A stretch of 64,000 nucleotides of DNA from positions 1 through 64,000 of the IMG/VR virus record IMGVR_UViG_3300034418_003613. One strand, given 5' to 3'. Made by a program: the position numbers and the translations under genes. How positions within the stretch are numbered: the first letter of the stretch is position 1; every line of letters begins with the position of its first letter. The notes under the pieces are model-generated. The model was not told the DNA's origin and did no database searches. It saw nothing but the letters and a program-made list of their open reading frames with translations. The stretch comes from a virus. Of the stretch, positions 1 through 9,620 are shown piece after piece.

Positions 1-9
1 GCGGGAGTC

Positions 10-21
10 TTTGTATATTGT
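10..21 (+). promoter_or_regulatory. phage promoter-like motif (variant TTTGTATATTGT)
   Basis: 11/12 match to the recurring motif; just upstream of ATG 26. Confidence 0.45.
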
Positions 22-25
22 ATGT

Positions 26-352
26 ATGGGAGATGATTGGTTGGATGATTTTGATAACTTGTCTGAGGGGGATAAGTCTTCTATAGAGGATGAGATCATT
101 GATGAGGCTTTTTATACTTCTTATCTTTTTATAACCCAGGATTTGGATTTTGAGGATTTGATGAAGGATATAGACGGGACGAGCTCTCCTATCGTATTGG
201 CGCATGATCCTAATGAAGGATTTAATAAGGATGTGATCATCGCGGTGATTAAGTATTATAGTGAGGAGCCTCGGGAGGATTATGATAAATGTATCGAGCT
301 CCGTAAGGTGCTACATGAGGTGTACCCTGAGACTATTGGTATAGAAATATAA
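26..352 (+). CDS. hypothetical acidic protein
   Basis: The ORF track starts at TTG 11, which lies inside the promoter-like motif, so the in-frame ATG at 26 is the more likely start. Asp/Glu-rich, no recognisable domain. Confidence 0.6.
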   Translation: MGDDWLDDFDNLSEGDKSSIEDEIIDEAFYTSYLFITQDLDFEDLMKDIDGTSSPIVLAHDPNEGFNKDVIIAVIKYYSEEPREDYDKCIELRKVLHEVYPETIGIEI

Positions 353-382
353 TCCTTTACCTAGAAGTTCTATCTTTGGTTT

Positions 383-490
383 ATGAAAGAATTCAAACCC
401 ACATGTAATAATTGTGGTAAGCCATTACCATTGGGATTATCGCTGTTGAGAACTTGTATCTACTGTATAACAAAGAGACCTTTGAAATGA
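383..490 (+). CDS. 35-aa putative zinc-finger microprotein
   Basis: Translated by hand (not in ORF track): MKEFKPTCNNCGKPLPLGLSLLRTCIYCITKRPLK*, with two CxxC pairs. TATCTTTG at 371-378 lies just upstream. Confidence 0.5.
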   Translation: MKEFKPTCNNCGKPLPLGLSLLRTCIYCITKRPLK

Positions 491-513
491 GACGTTGGTA
501 AACCTGAAATGTG

Positions 514-521
514 TATATTTG
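514..521 (+). promoter_or_regulatory. Bacteroidota-type -7 element TAnnTTTG
   Basis: TATATTTG, intergenic, upstream of 547. Similar elements occur at 371-378, 9568-9575, 12904-12911 and 21474-21481. Confidence 0.4.
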
Positions 522-546
522 TTTGTGAACTTTAAAACCAAAACAA

Positions 547-840
547 ATGTCACAGGACGTTGAAAACGAAAAGGAACTGTCTCCTGAAGAACTGAAAAAG
601 CGTAGAGAAGAACTTACTGCGTGGTACAAGGAAAGCGCTAAACACGCTAAGGTGCAGTTAGAATACGAAGAGCTTCTTACCAAGATCGAGAAGGCTAGAG
701 CTGAAAGACTCCAAGCTCAGATGTTCCAGGCACAGGCATATGCTGCTCAAGAAAAAGAGGAGGGAGCAAATGACGAGGCTCGTATGGAGTTTGAACAGGA
801 AATGGCGAAAGCCCAAAGGACTCTGAAGCGTGATCAATAA
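547..840 (+). CDS. hypothetical coiled-coil protein
   Basis: 97 aa, E/K/Q/A-rich and helical. AAAACCAAAACAA leader precedes the ATG; the stop overlaps the next gene. Confidence 0.7.
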   Translation: MSQDVENEKELSPEELKKRREELTAWYKESAKHAKVQLEYEELLTKIEKARAERLQAQMFQAQAYAAQEKEEGANDEARMEFEQEMAKAQRTLKRDQ

Positions 841-1762
841 GCTACTAAAGAAAGGTAGCGTAGGCCCAGAGGTGGCTAAGCTACAGTCTATCCTGAAGAT
901 AAAGTCTGATGGAATCTTTGGGGCCGGTACACAGGCAGCGGTTATCAAGTTTCAGCTATCTAAGAATCTAAGGACAGATGGTATTGTTGCCGGTGAGACG
1001 TGGACTGCACTGATCACTGATAACAAGAACATCGTTCCAGATATAGATGAAGACACAGATCTTGAACAGCAGTTCTTTGTAACGGATTGGAACCAGAGGA
1101 TAAACAAATATTTCCTTGGCAGGGGTGAGTATATTGAAACCAATGCAAAGAGAGATAATGATTATTTCTTTTTACACCACACTGCCGGTGGTCCCAATCC
1201 TTACAGAACTATTGATCAATGGAACAGGGATAGCCGGGGGCGTATTGCTACAGAGTTTGTCCTGGGGGGACAAAACTATAGAACTGGTGATGATGAGTAT
1301 GACGGGGTTCTGGTGCAAGCTTTTCCTGAAACTGGATATGCTTATCATTTAGGTAAGACTGGATCTGGGTATATGAACAAATACTCTGTAGGTCTAGAGA
1401 TATGCTCTATTGGATATCTAGATAATCAGTTCAACAGTTATGTTGGTAAGAAGGCGCATCCATCACAGGTGATTCAGCTTGATAATGGATTTAAGCGTCG
1501 GATATACTGGCATAAATATTCTGATAAGCAGATTGAAGAAACAGAGAAGCTTATTCAATATGTAGCCCAGCGTGATAACATTGATGTCAAAGAGGGCTTG
1601 CAGAAGTTTATCCATAAGCAGGGTAAGGAGAAAGCTTTTCATTTTCAAGAAGATGCTTACTATGGTAAGGTGAGAGGGCTGTTATCACATACTAATGTGA
1701 GGAAAGACAAAATGGATGTCTACCCAGACCCACGGCTTATAGATATGATAATGAGTTTGTAG
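830..1762 (+). CDS. endolysin: N-terminal peptidoglycan-binding domain plus N-acetylmuramoyl-L-alanine amidase (Amidase_2-like)
   Basis: PG_binding_1-type motifs LKKGSVGPEVAKLQ..DGIFGAGTQAAVIKFQ..DGIVAGETW; amidase motifs LHHTAG, AYHLG, SVGLEIC, LSH..RKDKMD. Confidence 0.85.
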   Translation: MINKLLKKGSVGPEVAKLQSILKIKSDGIFGAGTQAAVIKFQLSKNLRTDGIVAGETWTALITDNKNIVPDIDEDTDLEQQFFVTDWNQRINKYFLGRGEYIETNAKRDNDYFFLHHTAGGPNPYRTIDQWNRDSRGRIATEFVLGGQNYRTGDDEYDGVLVQAFPETGYAYHLGKTGSGYMNKYSVGLEICSIGYLDNQFNSYVGKKAHPSQVIQLDNGFKRRIYWHKYSDKQIEETEKLIQYVAQRDNIDVKEGLQKFIHKQGKEKAFHFQEDAYYGKVRGLLSHTNVRKDKMDVYPDPRLIDMIMSL

Positions 1763-1763
1763 A

Positions 1764-2144
1764 ATGGCAATTGTTAACAAAGTAGACCAGAGGTTAAAGG
1801 TGAATATTGATGATACTATCAAGTATCAGATACTCACCTATTGTTTCTTTAAAGACATCCTCATAGGTCACACTGATCTTAACATGCTATGTGAACTAGC
1901 AAAGAACCCAGGTATTGAGCTTACACAGTTTTGTAAGGATATCACTACTCTGGGTATCTTTGGTAGTGAGCAGTCAGCAAGGAATGCTATCAATAAGGTC
2001 AACAAAAAGGGCTTATTGATTAAAAAAGGCAAGAATAAGAAGACTGTGAGCATCTTAAAAGAGATAAATGTGCAGACTAAGGGGCTTGTGTTGTTAGATA
2101 TAAAAGTATTAGGTAGTGAATCCGAAGAAGCACAAACAGTTTAA
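1764..2144 (+). CDS. hypothetical protein, possible winged helix-turn-helix
   Basis: SEQSARNAINKVNKKGLLIKKGK resembles a wHTH recognition helix plus wing. Confidence 0.5.
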   Translation: MAIVNKVDQRLKVNIDDTIKYQILTYCFFKDILIGHTDLNMLCELAKNPGIELTQFCKDITTLGIFGSEQSARNAINKVNKKGLLIKKGKNKKTVSILKEINVQTKGLVLLDIKVLGSESEEAQTV

Positions 2145-2481
2145 AGATGGAATAGCAGAACAAGTGGGAGTGCACCCTGACGTAGTTGATGACTTTATAT
2201 CATATTACTATGCGCAGGTAAGAAAAGCTCTGTCTAATCTGGTGCATGTGAATGTTTATGTTGAGAACCTTGGCACATTTTCTTTGAAAAAGAATAAATT
2301 GGAAAAGGCGATTAAGAAAAATAAAAGCATTCTAGGGAATCTGAAGAAGACAGAGTACAAGGGGATGGAAAAGACTCATGCTGTGAATGACAGACTAGAG
2401 AAACAGCAAGAGGCGCTTAGGATGTTGAATGAGACAATGGAGGAAAAAAAGAAATTTAAAGAAAAGAAAAATGGATCTTAG
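2116..2481 (+). CDS. HU/IHF-like DNA-binding protein
   Basis: IAEQVGVHPDVVDDFISYYYAQVRKAL...VYVENLGTFSL matches the HU/IHF pattern; basic C-terminus. Confidence 0.65.
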   Translation: MNPKKHKQFKDGIAEQVGVHPDVVDDFISYYYAQVRKALSNLVHVNVYVENLGTFSLKKNKLEKAIKKNKSILGNLKKTEYKGMEKTHAVNDRLEKQQEALRMLNETMEEKKKFKEKKNGS

Positions 2482-2791
2482 AAAATTCTTAGGAGCTTTT
2501 AAGAACACTAGTCAGATTGCAGAAGGAATTAAGAATAGCATCTTCAAGAAGGAGCATGTTGAAGCTGAAGCCGCTTTAAGGTGGGCTATATGCAAGCAGT
2601 GTGAGTTTTTAGATACAGTTGGCAAGAATTGTGCGGCACCAGGTACGCAACCTTGTTGCTCAGACTGTGGATGCAGTCTTGCATTTAAAACTAGATCTTT
2701 ATCATCCGAGTGTCCTAAGGGTAAGTGGCAAGCATTGATGACCGAAGAGCAAGAAGATATGTTAAATGATAAATTAAAAGACAATGAGTAA
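2471..2791 (+). CDS. Cys-rich putative metal-binding protein (DUF6171-like)
   Basis: RWAICKQC...CSDCGC...KTRSLSSECPKGKW pattern. ATG 2471 after an A-run is preferred over 2429. Confidence 0.65.
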   Translation: MDLRKFLGAFKNTSQIAEGIKNSIFKKEHVEAEAALRWAICKQCEFLDTVGKNCAAPGTQPCCSDCGCSLAFKTRSLSSECPKGKWQALMTEEQEDMLNDKLKDNE

Positions 2792-2942
2792 GATGGATTA
2801 CATACGATTTGAGAACTACACCTATCCGGAGCTTCTGAAGTTAGTAAAAGATACACCTAATGATCAGCAGTTAGGTAAAAAAGTTAGAGCCCTTTTGTCT
2901 GAAAAGCAGACAGGTAGCTTTCCAGGTGTTAAAAATTTATAG
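2784..2942 (+). CDS. 52-aa hypothetical protein (PND-x2-LG-x2-VR motif)
   Basis: Translated by hand: MSKMDYIRFENYTYPELLKLVKDTPNDQQLGKKVRALLSEKQTGSFPGVKNL*. It exactly fills the gap between its neighbours. Confidence 0.65.
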   Translation: MSKMDYIRFENYTYPELLKLVKDTPNDQQLGKKVRALLSEKQTGSFPGVKNL

Positions 2943-2944
2943 AC

Positions 2945-3763
2945 ATGAGTTTAATTTTTAAAGAAGAGGGGCACCTTTACGAAAGCATAGAAGAGGATAT
3001 CAAGTGGACTAGCGTCACTTCATTTATTGGAATGTTCAAACCAAAGTTTGACGCAAAAGCCCAAGCTAAAAAATCAGCAAAGAATAAAAAGTCCAAGTGG
3101 TACGGGATGACTGAGAAAGAAATCTTAACGGCCTGGGATAATGAGTCCAAAAGAGCTATAACTCTTGGTAACTTCTATCATAATCAAAGAGAGAGCGACT
3201 TACTAAACTTTGAAACCATTCAGAGAGAAGGTGTTGAGGTTCCTATTGTTAGACCATTGTTTGATGAGGCAAGTGGTGCAAAGATTGCACCAGTTCAAAA
3301 GATTGACGCTGGGGTTTATCCAGAACATTTTGTTTATCTGAAGTCTTCAAGTCTTTGTGGGCAAGCGGATCTTGTAGAAGTTGTAAATGGTAGGGTAAAT
3401 ATTACAGATTACAAGACTAATAAGGAGATCAAGAAAGAAGGATTTAAAAATTGGGAAGGAATCTCTGCAAAAATGTACAATCCTGTAAATCATTTGGATG
3501 ATTGTAATTTCAATCACTATTCTTTACAGATGTCCATTTATATGTATATTATATTGAAGCATAATCCTAAACTTAAACCTGGGAAGTTAACCTTACAACA
3601 TGTAAAGTTTAAGCAGTTAGGTACAGATAAGAATGGATATCCTATCAATGAGCATATTAATGGGGAGCCTGTGTTAGAAGAAGTGATTATGTACGATGTA
3701 CCTTACTTAAAGAGCGAAGTTAAGTCCTTAATTAAATGGTGGGAGCAGAAAAATGATCATTAA
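2945..3763 (+). CDS. PD-(D/E)xK family nuclease
   Basis: Motifs SVTSFI, GNFYH, CGQADLV, ITDYKT, HYSLQMSIY. Confidence 0.8.
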   Translation: MSLIFKEEGHLYESIEEDIKWTSVTSFIGMFKPKFDAKAQAKKSAKNKKSKWYGMTEKEILTAWDNESKRAITLGNFYHNQRESDLLNFETIQREGVEVPIVRPLFDEASGAKIAPVQKIDAGVYPEHFVYLKSSSLCGQADLVEVVNGRVNITDYKTNKEIKKEGFKNWEGISAKMYNPVNHLDDCNFNHYSLQMSIYMYIILKHNPKLKPGKLTLQHVKFKQLGTDKNGYPINEHINGEPVLEEVIMYDVPYLKSEVKSLIKWWEQKNDH

Positions 3764-4271
3764 ACTCTTTGACATACAGAATAATGAGATAATTCCATCG
3801 GAGCATTGTTATGCTTTGGAGTTTCTAAAGGTGCTTATGTCCGCTTATCCAGAATCATACATGCAGATATACAAGTATTTGTTTTACATGACCTGCCCAA
3901 ACCCAGATTATAATCCATTCTTCCATTTACCGGAGGAGGATAAAGAAGAAATCATAATTGAAGAGGTGGGGCTAGAAGAATCCGTAGAAGACGAGAAGAT
4001 TAGAGCAGCTTTAAAGCGCTGTGAGGAAATGTATCAAACCCCTACACACAGAGCATACCTGGGTATCAAGAAGGCTTTAGACAACATGGCTACATACATG
4101 GCCAATACTCCAATAACGGACGGGAGAGACGGTAATATTGGACAAATCCGGGCGGTTGCTAAGGATTTTGATTCTATTCGTCAATCATTTAAGGGTGCGT
4201 ATAAAGATTTACAGGATGAACAACAGACTTCTGTAAGAGGAGGTCAGGGACTAGCGTATGACCAAATGTAA
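3753..4271 (+). CDS. hypothetical protein, candidate terminase small subunit
   Basis: 172 aa, helical, two genes upstream of TerL, with a C-terminal VRGGQ tail. The function is inferred from position only. Confidence 0.45.
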   Translation: MIIKLFDIQNNEIIPSEHCYALEFLKVLMSAYPESYMQIYKYLFYMTCPNPDYNPFFHLPEEDKEEIIIEEVGLEESVEDEKIRAALKRCEEMYQTPTHRAYLGIKKALDNMATYMANTPITDGRDGNIGQIRAVAKDFDSIRQSFKGAYKDLQDEQQTSVRGGQGLAYDQM

Positions 4272-4287
4272 TTTTAAACTTTAAATC

Positions 4288-4533
4288 ATGAATGGTAAAT
4301 CACGTGTAATGAATGCCTTATATGCTAAGGCTCTTGCAGATAAAGAAAAAGCTTTAATGGCTTTAGATCTCTTAGAGAATAAAGCTGTTGGAATTGGAGA
4401 TCATACAGCAGATGATTTTTTTGAAGATGCAGAGAAAGCTCTAGACCTTTTTATTTCAGCAAATGAAAGGCTGATAACAATTGACAATTACTTTGATTTT
4501 CAAGAAGAAATTGAAGGTCCTCCATTTGAATGA
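4288..4533 (+). CDS. hypothetical protein
   Basis: 81-aa ORF with a central VGIGDH motif; its stop overlaps the TerL start (ATGA). Confidence 0.65.
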   Translation: MNGKSRVMNALYAKALADKEKALMALDLLENKAVGIGDHTADDFFEDAEKALDLFISANERLITIDNYFDFQEEIEGPPFE

Positions 4534-6716
4534 GCAGATTAGTCCCTACATATGAAAATGGTGTATGGTCAGAGTCCTCGTTTGTAACTGATGAGGACTT
4601 TGCTGATTTTATAAAAGGGATATTCAAAGAGCCTGGGTTGTATGAGTTTGATGAAACATCTTTTTTATTTAATGAGCAGGCCAGGATCTTTAATGAAAAA
4701 GGATTCTACTGCGACAAACCTTTAAGGTCTAAAGATTTTATACACTACTGGAATGACCAAAAGAATAAGTGTCGTTCTGGTGTGATATATAAGTCAGGTA
4801 CCAAGACTTGGTATCTTACTAGGGACTATTACATGTGGCTTAACTTCTTACCAATCTTTGATAAAGAGGAAAAGAAGTATGGATTTGCTAAAGTGCGGGA
4901 TGCTCAGTATCATATGGCTTTGTATGAACTCTTGGCAGAACTAAATAATAAGCACTCAGCGATATTTAAGAAACGTCAGATTGCATCTTCTTACTTTCAT
5001 ATGGGTAAGATTATTAATACCTACTGGTTTGAAGAAGGAACGGTTTGTAAAATTGGTGCTAGTCTAAAGGATTACATTAATGACAAGGGTTCATGGAAGT
5101 TTTTAGATGAATACAAAGACTTTCTAAACGAGCATACCGCTTGGTATAGACCTAGCAACCCTGAGAAGGTGTTACTATGGCAGCAGCAGATTGAGGTTAG
5201 AGTAGGTAATAGAAAGACTACAAAAGGTTTAAAGTCTAAGATCCAGGGTGCATCTTTTGAAAAGAATGCAACAACAGGTGTAGGTGGACCTACTACTTAC
5301 TTTTTCCATGAAGAAGCTGGTATTGCACCCAAGATGATGGATACCTATGAATATCTAAGACCTGCGATGTCTTCAGGTATGCTGACTACAGGTATGTTTA
5401 TAGCTGCAGGATCTGTGGGTGACTTGGATCAGTGTGAGCCTTTAAAAGAGATGATCATGAATCCTACAATTAATGACATCTATGCAGTTGAGAGTAACCT
5501 TTTAGATAAAGATGGAACTATTGGTTTGTCTGGTTTATTTATTCCAGAGCAATGGTCTATGCCACCATATATTGATGAATATGGTAACTCTAAGATAGAA
5601 GAAGCTTTAGAAGCCATACATCGTGAAAGGGAAAAGTGGAAGGCAGAACTAAATCCAGAGCAATATCAGTTACGTATTTCTCAGAAGCCTACTAACATTG
5701 CAGAGGGATTTGCCTATAGGAAGGAGTCTATCTTTCCTCAGGGTATATTATCTAAACAGCTTAAAAGAATAGAAGAGAAAGAATATTCTTTTGAGCACAT
5801 TGAATTGGAGAGAGATGAGAAAGGTATAGCTGCAAAAAGATCTTCTAAGCTACCTATTACTCAGTTTCCTGTAGATAAGAAGCAGGCGGATAAGTCAGGA
5901 GTCTTAGTTGTCTGGGAAAGACCTGTTAAGAATCCAGAGTTCGGTGCATACTATGCATCTATTGACCCTGTGTCAGAAGGTAAAACAACTACATCAGATT
6001 CATTGTGTAGCATATTTGTATACAAGAATCCTGTAGAGGTTACCCGTGAAACAGCAGATGGACTAGAACACTTTATTGAAAGAGATAAGATTGTTGCAGC
6101 TTGGTGTGGTAGATATGATGATATTAATAAAACACACGAGCAGTTAGAGAAAATAATTGAGTGGTATAATGCCTGGACTGTGGTGGAAAATAATATATCT
6201 CTATTTATCCAGCATATGATAGCCAAAAAGAAACAGAAATACTTAGTTCCTAAACAACAGATTTTGTTTCTTAAAGATCTCGGTTCTAATAGAACTGTTT
6301 ACCAAGAATACGGCTGGAAGAATACTGGCACATTATTTAAGAACCATCTGATATCTTATGCAATTGAGTACCTCAGAGAACAGATTGATGAGGAGCTTGA
6401 TGAGAATGGGGAGATGATATCTCAGACGTTAGGTGTTGAGAGAATACCTGACCCAATGTTGATCAAAGAAATGCTTGCCTATTACCCTGGTCTTAACGTA
6501 GATAGATTGGTTTCTTTTGGTGCTTTAATAGCGTTTGCAAAAGTGCAACAATCTAACAGAGGATATAATAAAAGAAGGGAGTCAGACGGTAACTCATCTT
6601 TGGATAATTCACAGAATTTGTTTAAATTAAGGTATAGCCCTTTTAGTAATATTGGGCGTAAGAAAGGCATGATGGGGTCAACCAGAAAGAGATCCGGTTT
6701 TAAAAATTTGAGCTAA
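4530..6716 (+). CDS. terL: terminase large subunit
   Basis: Walker A-like KKRQIASSY, Walker B FFHEEAG, coupling motif AAGSVG, RNase H-like nuclease SIDPVSEG and NVDRLVSF; immediately upstream of the portal gene. Confidence 0.92.
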   Translation: MSRLVPTYENGVWSESSFVTDEDFADFIKGIFKEPGLYEFDETSFLFNEQARIFNEKGFYCDKPLRSKDFIHYWNDQKNKCRSGVIYKSGTKTWYLTRDYYMWLNFLPIFDKEEKKYGFAKVRDAQYHMALYELLAELNNKHSAIFKKRQIASSYFHMGKIINTYWFEEGTVCKIGASLKDYINDKGSWKFLDEYKDFLNEHTAWYRPSNPEKVLLWQQQIEVRVGNRKTTKGLKSKIQGASFEKNATTGVGGPTTYFFHEEAGIAPKMMDTYEYLRPAMSSGMLTTGMFIAAGSVGDLDQCEPLKEMIMNPTINDIYAVESNLLDKDGTIGLSGLFIPEQWSMPPYIDEYGNSKIEEALEAIHREREKWKAELNPEQYQLRISQKPTNIAEGFAYRKESIFPQGILSKQLKRIEEKEYSFEHIELERDEKGIAAKRSSKLPITQFPVDKKQADKSGVLVVWERPVKNPEFGAYYASIDPVSEGKTTTSDSLCSIFVYKNPVEVTRETADGLEHFIERDKIVAAWCGRYDDINKTHEQLEKIIEWYNAWTVVENNISLFIQHMIAKKKQKYLVPKQQILFLKDLGSNRTVYQEYGWKNTGTLFKNHLISYAIEYLREQIDEELDENGEMISQTLGVERIPDPMLIKEMLAYYPGLNVDRLVSFGALIAFAKVQQSNRGYNKRRESDGNSSLDNSQNLFKLRYSPFSNIGRKKGMMGSTRKRSGFKNLS

Positions 6717-6723
6717 TAGCCAT

Positions 6724-9486
6724 ATGAGAGTATTAAATGCAATGCAGCTTAAGAGTGGAGCAAAAGGTGAGTCTTACTCAACCTCCTCTAGTCTTACTCA
6801 ACCGGTTCAGTTCTTGCCATCTAAAAAGAAAGATGATGATTGGAGAGCTTGGAATATGGACTGGCTGGAACTCCAAGGTCTTGAATTTTTAAGATTAAAC
6901 GCTCGCCGGTTACTTAAGAATTACAAACTTGCCAAGGGTATTATTGATAAAACCGACTACATTGTAGAAGAAGACAATGAACATAAGGACTTAATGGATG
7001 TCCTTACCAAGGAGGATGAATCAGCATTGGAGCTCAAGTTTTATCCAATCATTCCAAACGTAATCAATGTACTATCTGGTGAGTTTTCTAAAAGATACTC
7101 TAAGGTCCAATTTAGGGCCGTAGATGATTTGTCTTATAATGAAATGCTGGAAGCAAAGAGAGCTCAAGTAGAAGAGAACTTGCTTGCAGATGCAGAGGCA
7201 AAGCTTCTTGGGAGAATGCTAGAGATGGGTTTAAATCCACAGTCTGAAGAGGCACAGCAAATGATGTCTCCTGAAAATATTAAGTCATTACCAGAGATTG
7301 AAGATTTCTTTTCTAAGGATTATAGATCTTTAGTTGAAGAGTGGGCTTCTCATCAGACTAACGTAGATGAGGAGAGATTTAAAATGCAAGAGCTAGAGGA
7401 GAGAGCATTTAGAGATATGCTTATTACCGATAGAGAGTTCTGGCATTTTAGAATGTTAGAGGATGACTATGATGTAGAGTTATGGAATCCTGTTCTGACC
7501 TTCTATCAGAAGTCTCCAGATGTTAGATATATTTCTGACTCAAACTTTGTTGGTAAGATTGATTTAATGACGCCTGCTGACGTTATTGACAGGTATGGAT
7601 ATCTGATGACCAAAGATCAATTGGAGTCCTTACAGAGGATCTATCCAGCTAAATCAGAGTTGTATCAAGTCAATGGTTATCAGAACGACGGTTCTTATTA
7701 TGATCCATCTAAATCGCATGCTTGGAATACTAATATGCCAGGTCTTGCATATCGTCAGTTTGTAAGTAACTGGTATAATGATCCGGCCTCAGGCGGAGAT
7801 GTTGTTACAGCCATTTTGAACGAAGGTGATGATGTAAATGCTTGGGGTGAAGGTGAGCTTATGCGTGTGACTACATGTTATTGGAAGACCCAAAGAAAGG
7901 TGGGGCATCTTACTAAGATTGAGTCAGACGGGCAGATCACCCAAGAGATTGTTGATGAGACCTTCAAGATCACAGAGAAGGGTGTGTATGATACAACTCT
8001 GTTTAAGAATAAGACTAAGGAGAACCTACTTGAAGGGGAGCATATAGATTGGTTTTGGATCAATGAAGTTTGGGGTGGTGTTAAACTTGGTCCAAACTTG
8101 CCTGCATTCTGGAGATCTAGCATGACAGCTGATAATATTAATCCTATTTATTTAGGGATTAATAGAAGTAAGCCCGGAAGAATACCATTCCAGTTTAAAG
8201 GCAATGAGACTTTGTATGGTTGTAAATTACCTGTAGAGGGTAGAGTATTCTCTGATCGTAACACTAGATCCACTTCTTTAGTAGATCTGATGAAAGCATA
8301 TCAGGTTGGATACAATATGGTCAATAATCAGATTGCTGACATCTTAGTAGATGAGCTTGGCACTGTTATTATGTTTGACCAGAATGCTTTACCAAGACAC
8401 TCAATGGGTGAAGACTGGGGTAAGGGCAACTATGCTAAGGCATATGTAGCAATGAAGGATTTTCAGATGTTACCTCTTGATACATCTATTACTAACACAG
8501 AGAATGCTACAAACTTTAATCACTACCAGACTCTAAATATGGAGCAGAGTGGTAGATTGATGTCTAGGATTCAGTTGGCTAACTATTTTAAACAGCAATG
8601 TTTTGATGCTATTGGTATTAATCCGCAGCGGTTGGGTGCGCCAATGGGACAGGAAACTGCTACCGGTGTGGTACAAGCATTGAATCAATCTTATGCTCAA
8701 ACTGAAACGTATTTTACACAGCATTCTGATAATTTAATGCCAAGAGTGCACCAGATGCGCACCGATCTTGCGCAGTTTTATCATAGCTCAAATCCTAGTT
8801 TAAGATTATCTTACATCTCCTCTGAGGCAGAGAAGGTAAACTTTGTTATTAACGGTACAGATCTATTGCTCAGGGATTTTAATATTTTCTGTACTACCAA
8901 GACTAATCATAGAGCAATCTTAGAGCAGCTAAAGCAGTTAGCTGTTACAAACAATACTAGTGGAGCTAGTATTTATGATCTTGGAAATATTATCAAAGCA
9001 GATAGTATTGCAGAAGTTTCTGATATTCTTAAGGATGCAGAGGCTAAGCAGCTTGCAATGAAGCAGCAGGAAATGCAGCAGCAACAGCAGATGCAACAAG
9101 AGCAGATTGCAGCTAGGCAGCAAGAAGAGCAGATGAAGTTGCAGTTTGAAGCTTCTGAAAATGAGAAGGAAAGGCAGAAAGATATTACAGTAGCTGAAAT
9201 CAGATCTGCTGGTTACGGAGCTAGTCAAGATATTAATCAGAATTTACAATCTGACTTCCAAGATCAGATGGAAAACATGAGGCAGAGAGCTGAGTATAGG
9301 GAGCAGATGGACTTTAAGAGACAAGAATCAGCAATCAGAAACTCTCAGAATTCTGAGAAGATGAATATTGAGCGCGAGAAGCTGGCAACGCAGAGAGATA
9401 TTGCTGATAAAAATCTACAGATAGCCAGAGAGAATAAGAATAAATATGATGTCCAGTCTGACAGAGATAAGAGACAAAAGGACTAA
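6724..9486 (+). CDS. portal protein (crAss-like)
   Basis: 920 aa, follows TerL. FYPIIPNVINVLSGEF, SLVDLMKAYQ, GINPQRLG and a Q/E-rich C-terminal coiled coil are typical of podoviral/crAss-like portals. Confidence 0.88.
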   Translation: MRVLNAMQLKSGAKGESYSTSSSLTQPVQFLPSKKKDDDWRAWNMDWLELQGLEFLRLNARRLLKNYKLAKGIIDKTDYIVEEDNEHKDLMDVLTKEDESALELKFYPIIPNVINVLSGEFSKRYSKVQFRAVDDLSYNEMLEAKRAQVEENLLADAEAKLLGRMLEMGLNPQSEEAQQMMSPENIKSLPEIEDFFSKDYRSLVEEWASHQTNVDEERFKMQELEERAFRDMLITDREFWHFRMLEDDYDVELWNPVLTFYQKSPDVRYISDSNFVGKIDLMTPADVIDRYGYLMTKDQLESLQRIYPAKSELYQVNGYQNDGSYYDPSKSHAWNTNMPGLAYRQFVSNWYNDPASGGDVVTAILNEGDDVNAWGEGELMRVTTCYWKTQRKVGHLTKIESDGQITQEIVDETFKITEKGVYDTTLFKNKTKENLLEGEHIDWFWINEVWGGVKLGPNLPAFWRSSMTADNINPIYLGINRSKPGRIPFQFKGNETLYGCKLPVEGRVFSDRNTRSTSLVDLMKAYQVGYNMVNNQIADILVDELGTVIMFDQNALPRHSMGEDWGKGNYAKAYVAMKDFQMLPLDTSITNTENATNFNHYQTLNMEQSGRLMSRIQLANYFKQQCFDAIGINPQRLGAPMGQETATGVVQALNQSYAQTETYFTQHSDNLMPRVHQMRTDLAQFYHSSNPSLRLSYISSEAEKVNFVINGTDLLLRDFNIFCTTKTNHRAILEQLKQLAVTNNTSGASIYDLGNIIKADSIAEVSDILKDAEAKQLAMKQQEMQQQQQMQQEQIAARQQEEQMKLQFEASENEKERQKDITVAEIRSAGYGASQDINQNLQSDFQDQMENMRQRAEYREQMDFKRQESAIRNSQNSEKMNIEREKLATQRDIADKNLQIARENKNKYDVQSDRDKRQKD

Positions 9487-9571
9487 TAGGAAAAATTGTT
9501 CTTAGCGTTAGCTATATACTGCAAGAAATTAGCAACAGCCGTAAAATATTTAAAGTTTATTCCTACATATA

Positions 9572-9583
9572 TTTGTATATTAT
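9572..9583 (+). promoter_or_regulatory. phage promoter-like motif TTTGTATATTAT
   Basis: Exact copy, upstream of the scaffold/MCP genes. Confidence 0.65.
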
Positions 9584-9620
9584 ATATATAGATAAGTAAT
9601 TAACTATAAAACCAACAAAA

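Noticed and set aside
547-2144. Holin or spanin genes next to the endolysin
   Set aside because: The flanking ORFs have no transmembrane segments or lipobox.
9050-9135. CAG/CAA-rich repeat-like stretch (also near 41130-41225)
   Set aside because: It encodes Gln-rich coiled coil or linker in frame; it is not a CRISPR array or an independent repeat element.
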